Made by a program: the position numbers and the translations under genes. A stretch of DNA of 64,000 nucleotides from the NCBI RefSeq assembly GCF_009914755.1, contig NC_060929.1. The stretch is one strand, 5' to 3'. This document shows positions 58,108-64,000 of this stretch, in pieces (position 1 is the first letter of the stretch; each line of letters starts with the position of its first letter). Source of the DNA: the human T2T-CHM13v2.0 reference genome, Homo sapiens. The notes below the pieces were generated by a model that was given only the letters and a program-made list of their open reading frames with translations, was not told the DNA's origin and ran no database searches.

Positions 58108-58607
58108 CTGATTTTGAAAGACAGTTTGGGAGGTGTCAGAGGCAAAACCAGAACAATTCTTGCTGAATGGGGAATCAAATTAACATATGCAATCTCACTG
58201 CCTAGCACTGGTTTATTGCCTGTGGTCTGATCTAGTTTATCTGATTACGCTAATTAATGCTTGCTATTTCTGCAGTAGCAACTTACTCTGATCCAGATTA
58301 TCAGTTTCCCTTGTGGTGCCTGTCAACTGCCTGCTAACCTAACCCCTGGACCTCACTACCCCATGCAGGCCCTGTGTGTGTGTCCTGCTCAAGTCCTGGG
58401 ACAAAGGGCCCAGCATGAAAGATAAGAGGATACCAAAGGCTGCATTTCAACTCAGCTTTGGGCCATTCCAGACCACACCACTGAAAATAATGATGAATAC
58501 GACCTTTCAAATACGTCTTATAGATGACCTTGACTTTGATCAATGTAATCTCATGTTTTTCTTTTCTTCTATTTTTTTCTTCTTCTTCTTTTTTTTTTTT
58601 CTTTTGA

Positions 58608-58865
<258 letters not shown>

Positions 58866-59436
58866 TGAGCCACTGCGCCCGGTCTTTCTTTTTGTTTTGG
58901 AGACAGGGTCTCTCACTCTGTCACCCAGGCTAGAGTGCAGTGATGTGAACACGGCTCACTGTAACTGTGACGTCTTAGGCTCAAGTGATTCTCCCACCTC
59001 AGCCTCCCAAAGTGCTGAGATTACAGGTGTAACCCATTGCCCCCTCATGCTTTTCTTAATGAATGGCTACTGTCCAAATGTTGGCTTTCCTATATACTTT
59101 AAAGATTTTATTTTGGCTGGGCTCAGTGGCTCACGCCTGTAATCCCAGCACTTTGGGGGGCCAAGGCGGGTGGATCACGAGGTCAGGAGTTCAAGACCAG
59201 CCTGGCCAACATAGTGAAACCCCGTCTCTACTAAAAATACAAAAATTAACTGGGAGTGGTGGCAGGCGCCTGTAATCCCAGCTACTCAGGAGCCTGAGGC
59301 AGAGAATCACTTGAACCAGGAGGTGGAGGTTGCAGTGAGCCGAGATTGCACCACTACATTCCAGCCTGGGCGACAGAGCAAGAATCCGTCTCAAAAAAAA
59401 AAAAAAAACCCAAACACTTTAATTTTTTTAAATTTA

Positions 59437-59535
59437 ATTTTGTCCTATTTTATTCTATTTTAAGTTCTAGGATACAGGTGCAGGATGCAGGTTTGTTACC
59501 TAGGTAAATGTGTGCCATGGTGGTTTGCCACACCT
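59437..59535 (-). mobile_element. Short L1PA 3'-end fragment
   Basis: ttttaagttctaggatacaggtgcagg..gcaggtttgttac..aggtaaatgtgtgccatggtggtttgc matches the L1PA 3' terminus. Confidence 0.7.
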
Positions 59536-60027
59536 AAGGACTTTAAATTCCATACCTTCAATAAAGGTAAAACATTTTAGAATTATGGTCCATGTACTAC
59601 TGTATTTGTAAGTAAAGACCAAATATAATGGCAGCTATCATTTGAATTAATGTCTGGCATGTTCATGGTGCTGTGCTAAACATTTTATGTCTATTTCCTC
59701 ACAACAATCATCCAAGGTAGTTATTACCCTCCACTTAATATAGTAGGAAAACTAAGACCTACCCCGTCCAAAGCCACACAGCTAGTAAATGGTGGAGCAA
59801 AGATGCAAACCTAGGTCTGGCTGGGACAAAGGTTCCTTTCACTGTGCCTTGCTGCTGTTCAAATACATTCCATGCTTATCTCTCCATTAATCAGTGTTGC
59901 TGATCCTAGTGATTTTAAGCATAAATGTACATTTTCCTTCTATTATATAGTAATTTTAGGGACATGTATAGATGAGAACATATAAATTTTAGGAATATTA
60001 ATTATGAACTTAGGCAAATGACTTTAG

Positions 60028-60396
<369 letters not shown>

Positions 60397-60538
60397 TGAT
60401 GCTATCACATAAAAACTAAGCATAAGTTCCATAGGCAATAACTACTAAAATGAAGTTAATTATTGCAAACATTTCCATTTATTCTACTATTAACAGAGAA
60501 ACAAAACTAAAGCTTTTGCTGTTGTGATAACGCAATAC

Positions 60539-60646
60539 CTCTTGTTTGAGCTGAAGAAGCAGTTTCCGAGTGGATGCTGCCATTCTGGCACAAGAACAGG
60601 GGTTCCCTCCGGGCCCATGACAAAGGCAGGCTCCGAGGACCGCAAG
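60539..60646 (-). CDS. CCDC125: CCDC125 internal exon (LAVLGACLCHGPGGNPCSCARMAASTRKLLLQLKQE)
   Basis: Acceptor ttttcaatttaaag, donor GTATTG, 108 nt, phase 0-0. Earlier exons lie beyond the window. Confidence 0.92.
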
Positions 60647-61164
60647 CTTTAAATTGAAAAGCATTGCTCCTGTTATTAAGTGTCACACTGTTTTAGCTGC
60701 ACACAAACACAGGGGCATTTACACACATACCCATGCACACTACTACTCAGGCATCTGATCCAAAAAAACTGGAAAGGAAAAACAAAATAGAAGAAAGCTG
60801 AGACTGGGATCTCAGAATACAAATAGAAATTAACTACAAACGACAAAAAGAATGTCATGACTTGGAACACAAACAAAAGGGAATTTTACCTTCCTTCATT
60901 TCACTCTTAAAACCTTTAATCCTGGCGCCACTCTCCTATAGGTCTGAGTCCTTGGCAGGAGTTTAGCCTAACAATATGGTTAACGCTAACATCCACAGCA
61001 TACCTTTCCTGTAACAGTGTGGCCCTGATGCCCGGCATTCACTACTGCCAGTTTCCTCTAAGCTGAGTCATCTACTCAGAAATGACGAGGGAATTGTAAT
61101 ATATAATGAGAAAAACAGTCATCCCTCCACTCCTAAAAAAAATAAAAAAATACGATTGATTCCT

Positions 61165-62358
<1,194 letters not shown>

Positions 62359-62520
62359 TGTAGTTGGAAGAAAAGTAGTATAATAATTTTACTTTTTAAA
62401 ACTCCACTTTAAAAGCTAACTACAAGTGGGCCAGGCAGGGTGTCTTATGCCTATAATCCCAGCACTTTGGGAGGCCGAGGCAGGTGGATCACCTGAGTTC
62501 AGAAGTTCGAGACCAGCCTA

Positions 62521-62808
<288 letters not shown>

Positions 62809-62950
62809 TTATTCTTATTTATTTATTTTTGAGACGGAGTCTTGCTCTGTCACATAGGCTGGAGTGCAGTGGTACAATCTCGGCTCCCTGCAACTTCTGC
62901 CTCCCAAGTTCAAACTGAGATTTCAGGCATATGCCACCACACCCAGCTAA

Positions 62951-63341
<391 letters not shown>

Positions 63342-63755
63342 TGATCCACCTGCCTCAGCCCCCGCAAAGTGCTGGGATTACAGGCGTTAGCCACCGCACC
63401 TGGCCCATATATTTTAAAGTTTCATATGGGCTAGGTATGGTGGCTCACGCCTGTAATCCCAGCATTTTGGGAGGCTGAGGCAGGCAGATAGCTTGAGCCC
63501 AGGAGTTCAAGACCAGCCTGGGCAACATGAGACCCTGTCTCTACAAAAAATAAAAAAAAAACATTAGCTGGGTATGATAATGGTGTGCACCCGTAGTCCC
63601 AGGTACTTGGCTGGGAGGCTGAGGTCAGAGGATCACTTGAGCCCAGGAGGTCTAAGCTGCAGTGAGCCATGATTGTGCCACTGTACTCCAGCCTGAGCTA
63701 CAGAGTAAGGCCCTGTCTCAAAAACAAAACAAAACAAAAAAATAAATAAAATTAA

Positions 63756-63997
<242 letters not shown>

Positions 63998-64000
63998 TGA

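Noticed and set aside
60885-61015. Possible cryptic CCDC125 mini-exons (minus-strand AG/GT pairs)
   Set aside because: Weak pyrimidine tracts, not needed for the reading frame, and no supporting evidence from sequence alone.

Overview
Human (primate) genomic DNA, very rich in Alu, L1 and LTR sequence. It holds the complete CDK7 gene on the + strand: a CpG-rich promoter and 12 coding exons from ATG 735 to TAA 42878, all GT-AG, which splice to the 346-aa kinase. It also holds the last four coding exons and 3' UTR of CCDC125 on the - strand, convergent with CDK7. Nearly all ORFs in the supplied track are Alu/L1 artefacts. The main non-routine observations are four. (1) CDK7 intron 8 carries an old, intronless podoplanin (PDPN)-like retrocopy that keeps a 113-codon stop-free frame with the transmembrane helix, in phase with CDK7 exon 8. 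(2) A ~205-bp CpG-rich foreign fragment with a CTCF-like motif sits inside the 3' end of an old Alu, with no poly(A) and no clear TSD. (3) A 1.2-kb LTR8-containing cassette stops at the LTR poly(A) site and is flanked by 14-bp duplications, so it looks copied by L1 machinery. (4) There are several repair-like junction scars. Gene, protein and repeat-family identities come from recalled sequences, not database searches. I found no convincing new multi-gene system.
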